A stretch of DNA of 64,000 nucleotides from the NCBI GenBank assembly GCA_950097015.1, contig CATNEN010000038.1, positions 17,112,001 through 17,176,000 on the forward strand, read 5' to 3'. This DNA is from Macrostomum hystrix. Taxonomy: Eukaryota; Animalia; Platyhelminthes. The notes beneath the pieces are model-generated. The model did no database searches and was not told the DNA's origin. It was given only the letters and a program-made list of their open reading frames with translations. The translations under genes and the position numbers were made by a program. Positions 10,916 to 24,441 of this stretch are shown in pieces (the stretch's first letter is position 1; the number at the start of each line of letters is the position of its first letter).

Positions 10916-13900
10916 CATAGCGAACAGAATGAACCCTGATAGTTCTCCACAATTGGGATTTAGCACTGATTTGAAATTTGCATTGACGCAAAGCAATACA
11001 TTCTACTCACAAGTAGGAGATAAAAAATGTTGTCCTCAGTTCATATGAAAATTAACAAATTGTGTTGCATGGAATAAAATAAAAAATGGAAGAACGCCTT
11101 TAGGTTTCTGATGATTTGTAGCTTTGCACTCTTGTTGATGCAGTTTTTAAGTAAACTCTCCTAAACTGACACTTGCTGCCAGAAAAAAGCCAGAACAAGA
11201 GAGAGAAGGTGAACTTAAGTATATTTAATAATATATATGCATATTATGTGTGTATGCAAATATATGTATTAAAAATGACTCAGCAAATTATGATTTGCGA
11301 AAAAAAAGAAAACAATGCTTTACAGCTCACAATTCCACAGGATTAATTAGAAATTGCAATTAATTTTTTAAGCAAAGAAGTTAACTGCGACACACAAAAA
11401 ATAACATCACAAAACACAGTAAGGGAGGACATCAACAATAAAATGACAAGACGAACAAAATGTGAAAATTCAGTTATTTAACAGTTGTTACCCATTGCAA
11501 ATTCGAATATTTCATGTATGAACGATTAGGCAGGTTAGAAAAAAACACATTAAAAACTTTAAGAAACGGTATGGTTATTTCCGTTTAAATAATAAAAATA
11601 ATAATAATTGTAGTAATAGTAGCATGAGTATGCAGGTTAATAAACGTGCAGATAGATTGCATTAAAATAAGTGATTTAAGAAATATTTTCGTGCTGTCCT
11701 GACGGAATATACACACCTGCATTTATATACTTAAATTTTGAGTAGTTATCTAAAGACAAAAAAGGTCAAAACAAGAAGGGAAGCGAACTGACAAAGTGCA
11801 AATGACAACGCAGTGAACTAGTAGCAGTAAAAATATAAATTTTCTTTTAATTATAGAGAGCTCTCTGACCAGCGTGTGACTATAGAAAAAAATATCTAAA
11901 AATATTTTTTATAGACAAGCTGCACTTCATTTAATTCAGTTAATTCTGATTGGACCAATACTTTCGATTGCTTTGTGATTGGCTAGGAATCAACATATTT
12001 TTTTATTAGGCCGAGAAAATGGTCACACACTTAGACATGTGTGTACAGTACAGTACTCAAGCTAGTTGCATACTGACTAGATTTAATTTACCATCCAAAC
12101 TGAGTGAAAGAATTAACTGACCTGTCCTATACACAGGTCAGTTAATCAGTTTATCTGTTTACTTTATGGACTTAAGATTAAAGGATTAAAATATCTAAAT
12201 TAAGATTTCGCGTTCCACTTAGCTGGCTTGGCTTTGTGTTTGGCTTTAGACCATAGACAAATATTTTACTAAAGTTATGAACATATATATCTCTTGCTAA
12301 CACCACCTAAAATACTTTTAGTCTATGGTCCAAAGCCAAAATCCCGACCAACCGCGAAAATTGGCTTCACTATAGACCCCTCATTGGCAATCAAATTCTA
12401 TGAATAATAAATACTCTCTGACACAAAGAGCTAGACATTAATCTATGGTAGAAGGCAAAGCCAGAAGCTATTGTCTTGCATTGAAACGACAAACAATGAT
12501 CGTTAAAATGCTAGACGCAGTCAACGAAGAAAAAAAACAAAAAAATTGAAATAAGAAAACTAATAGATCAGATCATTAAAACTTAAAGTGCAGAAAAAAT
12601 TCTTTGCTAGCTCGTATCTTACTAGATTGCCATAAATAATAAAAAACGACACTTCAGAGTTCTGAAAACTAAAGCAAACAAAAAAGTGACCAGTTTGTAG
12701 AAAAAAAAATGGTTCACATCCACGCAATTTTATAAATCTCGTATCACAATGTTCATGGGACATCACTTTTTTACACAGAACAAAAATGTACTTTTTAATA
12801 GTCAATCAATCAATCAATCAGTTCAATCAATCCATCAATACTGAGCCAAATCAAAGTGCCTGACAAGATGAGAATATGGAAAAAGTGACTTGGAAATACG
12901 AAAGGGATAAAAAAGTGGGATATATGGGAAAACGCGTAGAAAACTTAATAATTAAATGTGAACTGTGTCGATTATTAAACCGAAAAATAACAGCAAAGTA
13001 ACATATTTTTGAATTCGCGTGAACTCCAGTTTCCAAACTACTTTCTAGTAGTATGAACAATATCGCATTGTAGAAAAAATCTTGGAGGCACTTTTTTTTA
13101 TTCTAGAATCGTCAAACACTTTCATCTTAGAGAATCATAAAGCAACAAGCAATTAATATATACGTTTTTTAATCTATATGTACATTTGCTAAGGTGAAAA
13201 AAACAACAAAATAACAAGCTTGACAAGCCAAATTAATATCCATTCGAAAATGTAAATCTTTAAAACTAAAAAACAACATCATCTTGTAATCTTTATGTGA
13301 CATAGTGCTTTCTTAATCCAGTTTTGTAATATCTTTTAACTGATGTTTAAATTGCTTAATAAATATGCATTCAAACAAATAACTAACGGAATGAAGAACT
13401 GTAACTTTTAACGATTATCCAGATCCGTACGTTTGCGACTTTCACAAAGTTACATTCACAACACAAATTTCTAGTTTCTAGGCAGACACCAACACAGGGT
13501 TAGAACTAGGGTTTTTCAGCATAGTGACAGATATTGCTAGTTTTTTGGATCGGGGTAGATAGTTTTAGTCATTAGGACCATCTCTAGAGATTAATAGATT
13601 AGGATTATCTCTAGAGATTTAGAAATGAGGATTATCTCTTTAGATTATCTCTAGAGATTTAATGATGGGGAGTAACTCTTGGGACTTCTATTTAATTTCT
13701 AGTCAGAGTTCCTACTTAAGCTCAACATATCTAGCACTTTCCTGTGTCATTTTTTCCTGATATCTTTCACTGAGGCAGACACCATATTCTGTGTACGTGA
13801 GACTACGCAGCCGAGGAGAAGCGAGAAGCTGGATCAGTCATGCATTATTATGTGAGAATGGTTGGAATCAGGAGACCGTGCAGACAGGGATAGATACGAG

Positions 13901-14182
13901 CCCTACGGTGCGTGGCGCGGATACCCCCTCACGGAGCAGTCCTTGGTCTAAATCATCCGCGTCAACCCACGCGACCGGGCCACCAACAAAACCACCACCA
14001 GCAGCAGCAGAAGCAGCAGAAGCAGCGGCCTATTGAAATTCTGGGAAGTCATTGTGTTCTAAGCCGTTTGGGATTATGAAAACCGCTTAGCAGTTTCAAG
14101 CAGCTACAGGTACTGTACACACACACACTCTCACATTGCTAGTCAAAAAGCCTGCTTCAATGCGGGCTCTTCACTTAAAACT

Positions 14183-14218
<36 letters not shown>

Positions 14219-14595
14219 AGGCGGATTAAAGCCAAACAAAAGCCAAAAAGGCAGTCACTCGTTCACTCGCTCGCTCTTTCTCTCTCTCTCTAGCAGTGTG
14301 AGCCGAAAACAATGAAAGATGATGATAATGAATCTTTTTGAAGAGGACAACAACAGAGAGAGCCCGCGACAGGTAGATATTGATGTGGGCTCACAGGCAG
14401 TTTGCACTCTCGCACCGACAGAAACTGGGGTTAGCTGGGCTGGGGGTTGCCAGTTCTGATAATGCGGGTTAATAAACTAAATAGATTTGCACATACATTG
14501 TTATAGTTTATTATTATATTATCGCTTCTCGTGTAGTTTCTCACGAGAGAGCAAATAGAAAATGCTTATTCAACTTCAATAATGGACCAAGCACG

Positions 14596-14962
14596 TCAGT
14601 ACTGATGGTGGTACGGATGCTGATATTGCTGATGCTGGGAGGCCATCAGACCACTGCCGTATTGAGTTGTATGCTGCTGCTGCTGCTGCCTGCTGTGGTA
14701 CTGAGTCTGCTGCAGCTGCTGCTGAGCATAGGCAGACTGATGCAGGTGCTGAGGCTGTAAATTCTGCGCAGCATAATAGGACGGTGACAAGTAGTGCTGC
14801 TTGGCGTACGACAGTTGGCCCGGGTGATGAAGCGGATGCTGGAACTGGGTAGCAGGCCCGCTCCGGTAAGGCTGGTCTCTTGGAGTGCAACTGTAGGCAG
14901 ACTGCTGTTGATGCTGCTGATTATGAAGATGATGATAATTTGCAACTGAGCTCTGCTGAAAG

Positions 14963-14995
<33 letters not shown>

Positions 14996-15032
14996 GGCCA
15001 GTAATTACCGTCCGTTGCGCCCGTTTTCCCAC
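14596..15032 (-). CDS. Probable terminal coding exon of the C2H2 zinc-finger gene (Gln/His/Tyr-rich tail)
   Basis: Acceptor TTAACAG|GT at 15033/15032; a phase-1 join with the donor at 25050 restores the frame (...YPAG GKTGATDGNYWPQQQ...HPYHHQY*). Composition matches the main exon. Confidence 0.75.
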
Positions 15033-15174
15033 CTGTTAATAAGTAGTTGTGCATGGAATATTAGTTTTATATAATAATAATGTCAGAATGAGTGTGAATA
15101 CACATGCCTGACTGTATATACTCGACATATATATATTGATACGAGTACTTTATTCGATGTCATCAATGTCCTAT

Positions 15175-15848
15175 TGATAATGGAGGAATAATTGTAGGAT
15201 AATCCCAGATAATGGAGGAATAATTGTAGGATAATCCCAGATAATGGAGGAATACTTGTAGGATAATCCCAGATAATGGAGGAATAATTGTAGGATAATC
15301 CCAGATAATGGAGGAATAATTGTAGGATAATCCCAGATAATGGAGGAATAATTGTAGGATAATCCCAGATAATGGAGAAATAATTGTAGGATAATCCTTG
15401 ATAATGGAGGAATAATTGTAGGATAATCCCAGATAATGGAGGAATAATTGTAGGATAATCCCAGATAATGGAGGAATAATTGTAGGATAATCCCAGATAA
15501 TGGCGAAATAATTGTAGGATAATCCTAGATAATGGAGGAATAATTGTAGGATAATCCCAGATAATGGAGGAATAATTGTAGGATAATCCTAGATAATGGA
15601 GGAATAATTGTAGGATAATCCTAGATAATGGAGGAATAATTGTAGGATAATCCCAGATAATGGAGGAATAATTGTAGGATAATCCCAGATAATGGCGAAA
15701 TAATTGTAGGATAATCCTAGATAATGGAGGAATAATTGTAGGATAATCCCAGATAATGGAGGAATAATTGTAGGATAATCCCAGATAATGGAGGAATAAT
15801 TGTAGGATAATCCCAGATAATGGAGGAATAATTGTAGGATAATCCTTG
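15175..15848. repeat. 32-bp minisatellite (GATAATGGAGGAATAATTGTAGGATAATCCCA)n, left part
   Basis: Tandem copies interrupted at 15849 by an inserted element. Confidence 0.95.
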
Positions 15849-16157
15849 CCCGGTTGCCAAAAAAAGTTGAATGGGCCACATTTTTTGGCCCACTAGTGGG
15901 CCAAAGTTTGGTTCTGAGCGGCCCACAGAAAGCCCACATTGACCCACGCTGACCCAGAAAGTGTTTAATGGCAGACACCGGGTCACACGGCGGCTCATAC
16001 GGAGGCCCGTACAGGCCCGTACACGGCGGCCCACACAGGCCCATAAACGGCGGCCCTTACAGGCCCATACACGGCGGCCCATACAGGCCCGTACACGGCG
16101 GCCCATACAGGCCCATACACGGCGGCCCATTTTGGCTTGTATACACTGGCCCTTGAT

Positions 16158-18206
16158 GGCCCATATTGGCCCACAAATACTGCCACATATACCGGCCCAC
16201 ATTGGCCCACACATACTGGCCCATATTGGCCCACATATACTGCCACATATACTGGCCCATATTGGCCCACATATACTGGCCCATATTGGCCCACATATGC
16301 TGCCACATATACTGGCCCATATTGGCCCACATATACTGACCCATATACTGGCCCATATTGGCCCACATATACTGACCCATATTGGCCCACATATGCTGCC
16401 ACATATACTGGCCCATATTGGCCCACATATACTGACCCATATACTGGCCCATATTGGCCCACATATACTGACCCATATTGGCCCACATATGCTGCCACAT
16501 ATACTGGCCCATATTGGCCCACATATACTGGCCCATATTGGCCCACATATACTGGCCCATATTGGCCCACATATACTGGCCCATATTGGCCCACATATAC
16601 TGGCCCATATTGGCCCACATATGCTGCCACATATACTGGCCCATATTGGCCCACATATGCTGCCACATATACTGGCCCATATTGGCCCACATATACTGAC
16701 CCATATTGGCCCATATTGGCCCACATATACTGACCCATATTGGCCCACATATACTGACCCATATTGGCCCACATATACTGACCCATATTGGCCCATATTG
16801 GCCCACATATACTGACCCATATTGGCCCACATATGCTGCCACATATACTGGCCCATATTGGCCCACATATACTGGCCCATATTGGCCCACATATACTGGC
16901 CCATATTGGCCCACATATACTGGCCCATATTGGCCCACATATACTGGCCCATATTGGCCCACATATGCTGCCACATATACTGGCCCATATTGGCCCACAT
17001 ATGCTGCCACATATACTGGCCCATATTGGCCCACATATACTGACCCATATTGGCCCATATTGGCCCACATATCCCAGCCTATATTGGCCTACATATACTG
17101 GCCCATATTGGCCCACATACGCTGGTTCATATTGGCCCACATATACTGGCCCATATTGGCCCACATATGCTGGCCCATATTGGCCCACATATACTGGCCC
17201 ATATTGGCTCACATATACTGGCCCATATTGGCCCACATATACTGGCCCATATTGGCCCACATATGCTGGCCCATATTGGCCCACATATACTGGCCCATAT
17301 TGGCCCACATACGCTGGTTCATATTGGCCCACATATACTGGCCCATATTGGCCCACATATGCTGGCCCATATTGGCCCACATATACTGGCCCATATTGGC
17401 CCACATATACTGGCCCATATTGGCCCACATATACTGGCCCATATTGGCCCACATATACTGGCCCATATTGGCCCACATATGCTGGCCCATATTGGCTCAC
17501 ATATACTGGCCCATATTGGCTCACATATGCTGGCCCATATTGGCCCACATATACTGGCCCATATTGGCCCACATATACTGGCCCATATTGGCCCACATAT
17601 ACTGGCCCATATTGGCCCACATATGCTGGCCCATATTGGCCCACATATACTGGCCCATATTGGCTCACATATGCTGGCCCATATTGGCCCACATATGCTG
17701 GCCCATATTGGCTCACATATGCTGGCCCATATTGGCTCACATATGCTGGCCCATATTGGCTCACATATACTGGCCCATATTGGCTCACATATGCTGGCCC
17801 ATATTGGCCCACATATACTGGCCCATATTGGCTCACATATGCTGGCCCATATTGGCTCACATATACTGGCCCATATTGGCTCACATATACTGGCCCATAT
17901 TGGCCCACATATGCTGGCCCATATTGGCCCACATATACTGACCCATATTGGCTCACATATACTGGCCCATATTGGCCCACATATGCTGGCCCATATTGGC
18001 CCACATATACTGGCCCATATTGGCTCACATATACTGGCCCATATTGGCTCACATATACTGGCCCATATTGGCTCACATATACTGGCCCATATTGGCCCAC
18101 ATATACTGACCCATATTGGCCCATATTGGCCCACATATCCCAGCCTATATTGGCCTACATATACTGGCCCATATTGGCCCACATACGCTGGCCCATATTG
18201 GCTGGT
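16158..18206 (+). repeat. Left arm: tandem 24-bp unit (GGCCCATATTGGCCCACATATACT)n with longer variants
   Basis: Directly visible. Confidence 0.95.
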
Positions 18207-18821
18207 CCATATATTATAGCGCATAGGGCCAAAGTAATTACTAATTACTATAAAAAACAAGTACCTATTTCTCTTTAATACGGCTTGCCTCTTAAATATT
18301 TACTTGCCATGTAACTAATTGTGAATGGATTGTGAATGAGCAATGCTTGTATTGCGCAAAACTTGCACAGCAACATGTGTAGGATACAAGTAGGAAACAA
18401 ATTAATAGAAAGATTGTAACGCATGGATTGATTGGTTGACTGAAAGGTTCAGTCATGTAGGACACATTTGGTTTTCATAACCACATACTCTCCGCTGCAT
18501 CTATAGTCTAGGTTTTCTTCTTCGCTTCAGCAGCTGACAGATCCCGCAATGGCCGCTTACGACGAGGCAACGACTTCATAGCTTCGATAGGCGCTTCAGG
18601 GGGTGTAGGGGGCATCTCGATTGCCCAAAACTGGGCAATAAACACGGCAAAATGAATGGACAGGTTATATTTCATTGTGATATTAAACAAAGTTACATCA
18701 TTTGCGCTGTGCAACTTGGACTTTAAAGTCATAAAAAACGTATTCGAATGCTAGTGAAAAAACAATCCATTTATCTAGCCATTGACAAGCATACGCATTG
18801 GCTATTTAAATCCTTTTGCAT

Positions 18822-20270
18822 GAGCCAATATGGGCCAGTATATGTGGGCCAATATGGGCCAGCATATGTGAGCCAATATGGGCCAGTATATGTGGGCCAA
18901 TATGGGCCAGTATATGTGGGCCAATATGGGCCAGTATATGTGGGCCAATATGGGCCAGCGTATGTGGGCCAATATGGGCCAGTATATGTGGGCCAATATG
19001 GGCCAGTATATGTGGGCCAATATGGGCCAGTATATGTGGGCCAATATGGGCCAGCATATGTGAGCCAATATGGGCCAGTATATGTGGGCCAATATGGGCC
19101 AGCATATGTGAGCCAATATGGGCCAGCATATGTGGGCCAATATGGGCCAGTATATGTGGGCCAATATGGGCCAGCATATGTGAGCCAATATGGGCCAGTA
19201 TATGTGAGCCAATATGGGCCAGTATATGTGGGCCAATATGGGCCAGCGTATGTGGGCCAATATGGGCCAGTATATGTGGGCCAATATGGGCCAGTATATG
19301 TGGGCCAATATGGGCCAGTATATGTGGGCCAATATGGGCCAGCATATGTGAGCCAATATGGGCCAGTATATGTGGGCCAATATGGGCCAGTATATGTGGG
19401 CCAATATGGGCCAGCATATGTGAGCCAATATGGGCCAGTATATGTGGGCCAATATGGGCCAGTATATGTGGGCCAATATGGGCCAGCGCATGTGGGCCAA
19501 TATGGGCCAGCATATGTGAGCCAATATGGGCCAGTATATGTGGGCCAATATGGGCCAGTATATGTGGGCCAGTATATGTGGCAGTATATGTGGGCCAATA
19601 TGGGCCAGTATATGTGGCAGTATATGTGGGCCAATATGGGCCAGTATATGTGGGCCAATATGGGCCAGTATATGTGGCACTATATGTGGGCCAATATGGG
19701 CCAGTATATGTGGGCCAATATGGGCCAGTATATGTGGGCCAATATGGGCCAGTATATGTGAGCCAATATGGGCCAGTATATGTGGCAGCATATGTGGGCC
19801 AATATGGGCCAGTATATGTGGCAGTATATGTGGGCCAATATGGGCCAGTATATGTGGGCCAATATGGGCCAGTATATGTGGGCCAATATGGGCCAGTATA
19901 TGTGAGCCAATATGGGCCAGTATATGTGGCAGCATATGTGGGCCAATATGGGCCAGTATATGTGGCAGTATATGTGGGCCAATATGGGCCAGTATATGTG
20001 GCAGTATATGTGGGCCAATATGGGCCAGTATATGTGGGCCAATATGGGCCAGTATATGTGGCAGTATATGTGGGCCAATATGGGCCAGTATATGGGCCAG
20101 TATATGTGGGCCAATATGGGCCAGTATATGTGGCAGTATATGTGGGCCAATATGGGCCAGTATATGTGGCAGTATATGTGGGCCAATATGGGCCAGTATA
20201 TGTGAGCCAATCTGGGTCAGCATATGTGGGCCAATATGGGCCAGCGCATGTGGGCCAATATGGGCCAGCA
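18822..20270 (-). repeat. Right arm: same 24-bp unit in inverted orientation
   Basis: AGTATATGTGGGCCAATATGGGCC is the reverse complement of the left-arm unit. Confidence 0.95.
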
Positions 20271-20505
20271 TTCTTGGGTCACAATAGTGGGCCGAAAGTG
20301 GGCTGAATTGGACATTCGGCTCGTTATATGGGCCAATTATTAATGGGCTCTTAATGGGCCTATGTGGGCCACTTGTTGGCCCATCTATATGTGGGCCGAA
20401 ACTGGGCAAAAAGCCCGCAAATTGGGCTAAAAGGCACTGGCCCACTGTTGGCCCACTGAAAAGCCCATACTTGCATGAAAAAAGCCCTTTGGTTTGGCAA
20501 CCGGG

Positions 20506-20885
20506 TTGATAATGGAGGAATAATTGTAGGATAATCCCAGATAATGGAGGAATAATTGTAGGATAATCCCAGATAATGGAGGAATAATTGTAGGATAATC
20601 CTTGATAATGGAGGAATAATTGTAGGATAATCCTTGATAATGGAGGAATACTTGTAGGATAATCCCAGATAATGGAGGAATAATTGTAGGATAATCCCAG
20701 ATAATGGAGGAATAATTGTAGGATAATCCCAGATAATGGAGGAATAATTGTAGGATAATCCTTGATAATGGAGGAATAATTATAGGATAATCCCAGATAA
20801 TGGAGGAATAATTGTAGGATAATCCCAGATAATGGAGGAATAATTGTAGGATAATCCCTGATAATAAAGGAATAATTGCAAGATA
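20506..20885. repeat. 32-bp minisatellite, right part (same orientation as 15175-15848)
   Basis: The array resumes in register after the inserted element. Confidence 0.95.
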
Positions 20886-23154
20886 ATCTATGAAATAAAA
20901 ATCCACTCTAATAATGAAAGCCTCACTGCTCAAACTAAAGAAGCTACCCGGAAGCAGAATAGCATGGCAACAATGGGGAGGGGAGGGCATGGCAAATTAT
21001 TTTGTTTTCCAATACAAAAGGGAGATGAGAAGAGCGCATTGTCGCATGGAGGCAGCAGACACAGAACAGGCACAAAGAGATCGCGTGCCGCATATGCAAG
21101 AAAAATAATGGAGAGAGAGAAAGAGAAAAAAATAGGACGACTGCCGAGGCCAAATTTTTTTCCCACCCAAATCCCAATCGCACTGCCCAACCCCTACACC
21201 GGAGGTGGGTCGAAATCCTTCAAACGCGTCAACCCCTCTCAGATCCCCAGACCACAAAAACCCGGTCTCCGCCCCTCTAACGGCCGTCGAGATCAACGGA
21301 AGACGGAGGCAGAAAACAGAGATACAGAGAGGGAGGGGAGACAGGAGACAGCTACGAACCGACTAAGCCAAGAAGAGTCGTGGGAGATTTTTGTTCCAGT
21401 TAAGTACTAACAGTGCGACACACACACACACACTCCCGGGGTTGGGTCGGGAGCGGATTTGGCGGTGGTGTGGGTGGGTGGGTGCCGTGATGAGGGGATG
21501 GTTGGCTATAGTTTAACGGTGGCGAATAGAATAGACTCCATAAGGTGACTGACTTGGCCATAATATAACACGCGCCTATATATATGTGTGTTAAGAATGG
21601 CAGCGGCCGTGTGACTGACTGGGCCCAGCAGTCGGCAGTTGAAGGAGGGGAGGGGGAGGAATGGGAGGAGTAAGCGGAGAGAGAGAGTGCGCGTGTGAGT
21701 GAGAGCAGTTGCCCTTACTTCTGCCATAGCCTCTCTATATTGCACACATATGTATGGTACATATATATGTATATATTCTCTCTTCCTGGCTCGCTAAATC
21801 GCCCCTTGGCGGCTCTTGGTTGAGGACACACAGAGAGAGAGAGAGGCCGCGTGGGCCTTCTGAGGTTTTAGGAAGGGTGCGGTATCCCAAAGCATAGGGC
21901 CAACAGCGCTTAGCCTTATAATTCCGATCCTACCCGACCAACCCCCACCCACCTAACCGAAAACTGGCGCGCTTCCCAAAGCCGTCACCCTCGCCCTCAC
22001 AGGACCTACCGCACACAGGCGCACACAGTTCCAACCAAATTAGCTGCCTAATTTTGGAATCCGGCCTCTCACACTCCCTCTCGCACATTTCAACCGGCCC
22101 CCGGCGAATAATGCATAACAGTAAGATATATACTGCCTATTATAATAGGCGTTACTAAAGCCGCACTAACGGATTAGTAGAGGGTGTGGGCTGGGGTGAA
22201 AAAAAGGGAAGAGAGAGAGGCGACTTTCAACTTGCATTCTGCACACACACACACACATGCGTCGCACTAGACTAGAACTAGAAGCCCAGATCCAGATCCC
22301 AGGGTCCCACGATCTCCCAGAGAGAGAGAGAGAGAGAGAGAGGAAGAAGGGAAAAATTGCAGCGCCGCCATCTCCTCATCCCGCGGGCAGTTCCCCAATT
22401 CACGCTTATATCCCCAGTTGAACACTAAAGGCATAGGAGCAAAGTGGGGATGGCTGGAGGAGGGGAAGCGGGAGACGCAAATCCCTCGCTAATAACCATG
22501 GTCCCAGCCACCGACGCCGTCACGACCACCCGCCCACCCATTTCCCGTTTCCCGTCTCCTCCTACTCCGCCCTTAGGGGGGGAACCGCCGCAATCTCCCC
22601 CCCGAGGGGATTAGCGGGGGAAACAGACACAGAAGGAGATGGGGAGAGAGAGAAAGGCAGCAGAGGCGGCATAGGGAAAGGACCACGTTGGACCAGAAAA
22701 AAGCAAGGCGTCCGCCGGCTCTGCCATCCAAAGTCCCCGCAGCCTCCAAATCCAAGCCAACCAACCCCGCGTTCCCCCCCACTGGGATCTGGGCCGTCCA
22801 GCTAGTCAGTCGACCAGAAAAAAAACCGGCCGGTATGGCAAGGACAGCAACCACCCCGCCTTAGCTCCCAACCCCACGAAGCCAACCACCTCGACACACA
22901 GTGAGTAGGATACAGAGCTAGAGCACAACGATGTGAGAGTGCCAGCTAAGCAGACCAGAGCAGAGCTTCTTCTTCTAGAGAGTCCTCTAAGAGGCTGGCC
23001 CGCCTTCACCGACGACAGTCGTTTCCTTCAAACTAACCCCCTGCCAAACCATTCTAGCCGGGGGTAAAAAATAAAAAAGTAAGTAAAAAGTAAAAAATAA
23101 GTGTTGGTGACCACACGACTGACTTGGCATGACTTCACTGGATAGGATTTAAAA

Positions 23155-24441
23155 TGGAATCCCATCCCAGAAGGCATGAAGAGTTAACCCCAAGTGAGAA
23201 TGAAATCCCATCCCAGGAGAATCAAGACTAATATCAAGTGGGAATGAAATCCATTCCCAGGAGAATCAAGAGTTACCCCAAGTGGGAATGAAATCCCGTC
23301 CCAGAAGGCATGAAGAGTTAACCCATTTGGGAATGAAATCCCATCCCAGGAGAATCAAGACTAACCTCAAATGAGAATGAAATCCCATCCCAGGAGAATC
23401 AAGACTAAAATCAGGTGGGAATGAAATCCATTCCCAGGAGAATCAAGAGTTACCCCAAGTGGGAATGAAATCCCATCCCAGGAGAATCAAGAGTTACCCC
23501 AAGTGGGAATGAAATCCCATTCCAGGAGAATCAAGAGTTACCCCAAGTGGGAATGAAATCCCATCCCAGGAGAATCAAGAGTTACCCCAAGTGGGAATGA
23601 AATCCCATTCCAGGAGAATCAAGAGTTACCCCAAGCGGGAATGAAATCCCATCCCAGGAGAATCAAGAGTTACCCCAAGTGGGAATGAAATCCCATCCCA
23701 GGAGAATCAAGACTAACATTAAGTAGGAATGAAATCCATTCCCAGGAGAATCAAGAGTTACCCCAAGTGGGAATGAAATCCCATCCCAGGAGAATCAAGA
23801 GTTACCCCAAGTGGGAATGAAATCCCATCCCAGGAGAATCAAGACTAACATTAAGTGGGAATGAAATCCATTCCCAGGAGAATCAAGAGTTACCCCAAGT
23901 GGGAATGAAATCCCATCCCAGGAGAATCAAGAGTTACCCCAAGTGGGAATGAAATCCCATTCCAGGAGAATCAAGAGTTACCCCAAGTGGGAATGAAATC
24001 CCATCCCAGGAGAATCAAGAGTTACCCCAAGTGGGAATGAAATCCCATTCCAGGAGAATCAAGAGTTACCCCAAGCGGGAATGAAATCCCATCCCAGGAG
24101 AATCAAGAGTTACCCCAAGTGGGAATGAAATCCCATCCCAGGAGAATCAAGACTAACATTAAGTAGGAATGAAATCCATTCCCAGGAGAATCAAGAGTTA
24201 CCCCAAGTGGGAATGAAATCCCATCCCAGGAGAATCAAGAGTTACCCCAAATGGGAATGAAATCCCATTCCAGGAGAATCAAGAGTTACCCCAATTGGGA
24301 ATGAAATCCCATCCCAGGAGAATCAAGAGTTACCCCAAGTGGGAATGAAATCCCATTCCAGGAGAATCAAGAGTTACCCCAAGCGGGAATGAAATCCCAT
24401 CCCATGAGAATCAAGAGTTACCCCAAGCGGGAATGAAATCC
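23155..24441. repeat. 44-bp minisatellite (GGGAATGAAATCCCATCCCAGGAGAATCAAGAGTTACCCCAAGT)n
   Basis: Tandem copies with recurring variant blocks; lies in the zinc-finger gene intron. Confidence 0.95.

Larger units (their letters stand above)
15849..20505. mobile_element. Non-autonomous foldback-type DNA transposon (CCC...GGG termini, CACTA/EnSpm-like architecture)
   Basis: 13-bp TIR CCCGGTTGCCAAA (15849-15861) / TTTGGCAACCGGG (20493-20505); TTG duplicated at 15846-15848 and 20506-20508; inverted arms of 24-bp tandem units; ~600-bp unique centre. Superfamily assignment is an inference. Confidence 0.85.

Noticed and set aside
13770-13950. Possible second LTR/PBS (minus-strand TGGTGTC)
   Set aside because: The tRNA match is only about 7 nt and no TG...CA bounded repeat is evident.
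15589-20990. Many long ORFs (up to 713 aa; GQYGPVYV, WPILAHIY repeats)
   Set aside because: Open in several frames on both strands because the 24-bp unit lacks stop codons; these are transposon arms and satellite, not genes.
23155-24441. CRISPR-like appearance of the 44-bp and other arrays
   Set aside because: Units are contiguous with no unique spacers, there are no cas genes, and the context is eukaryotic.
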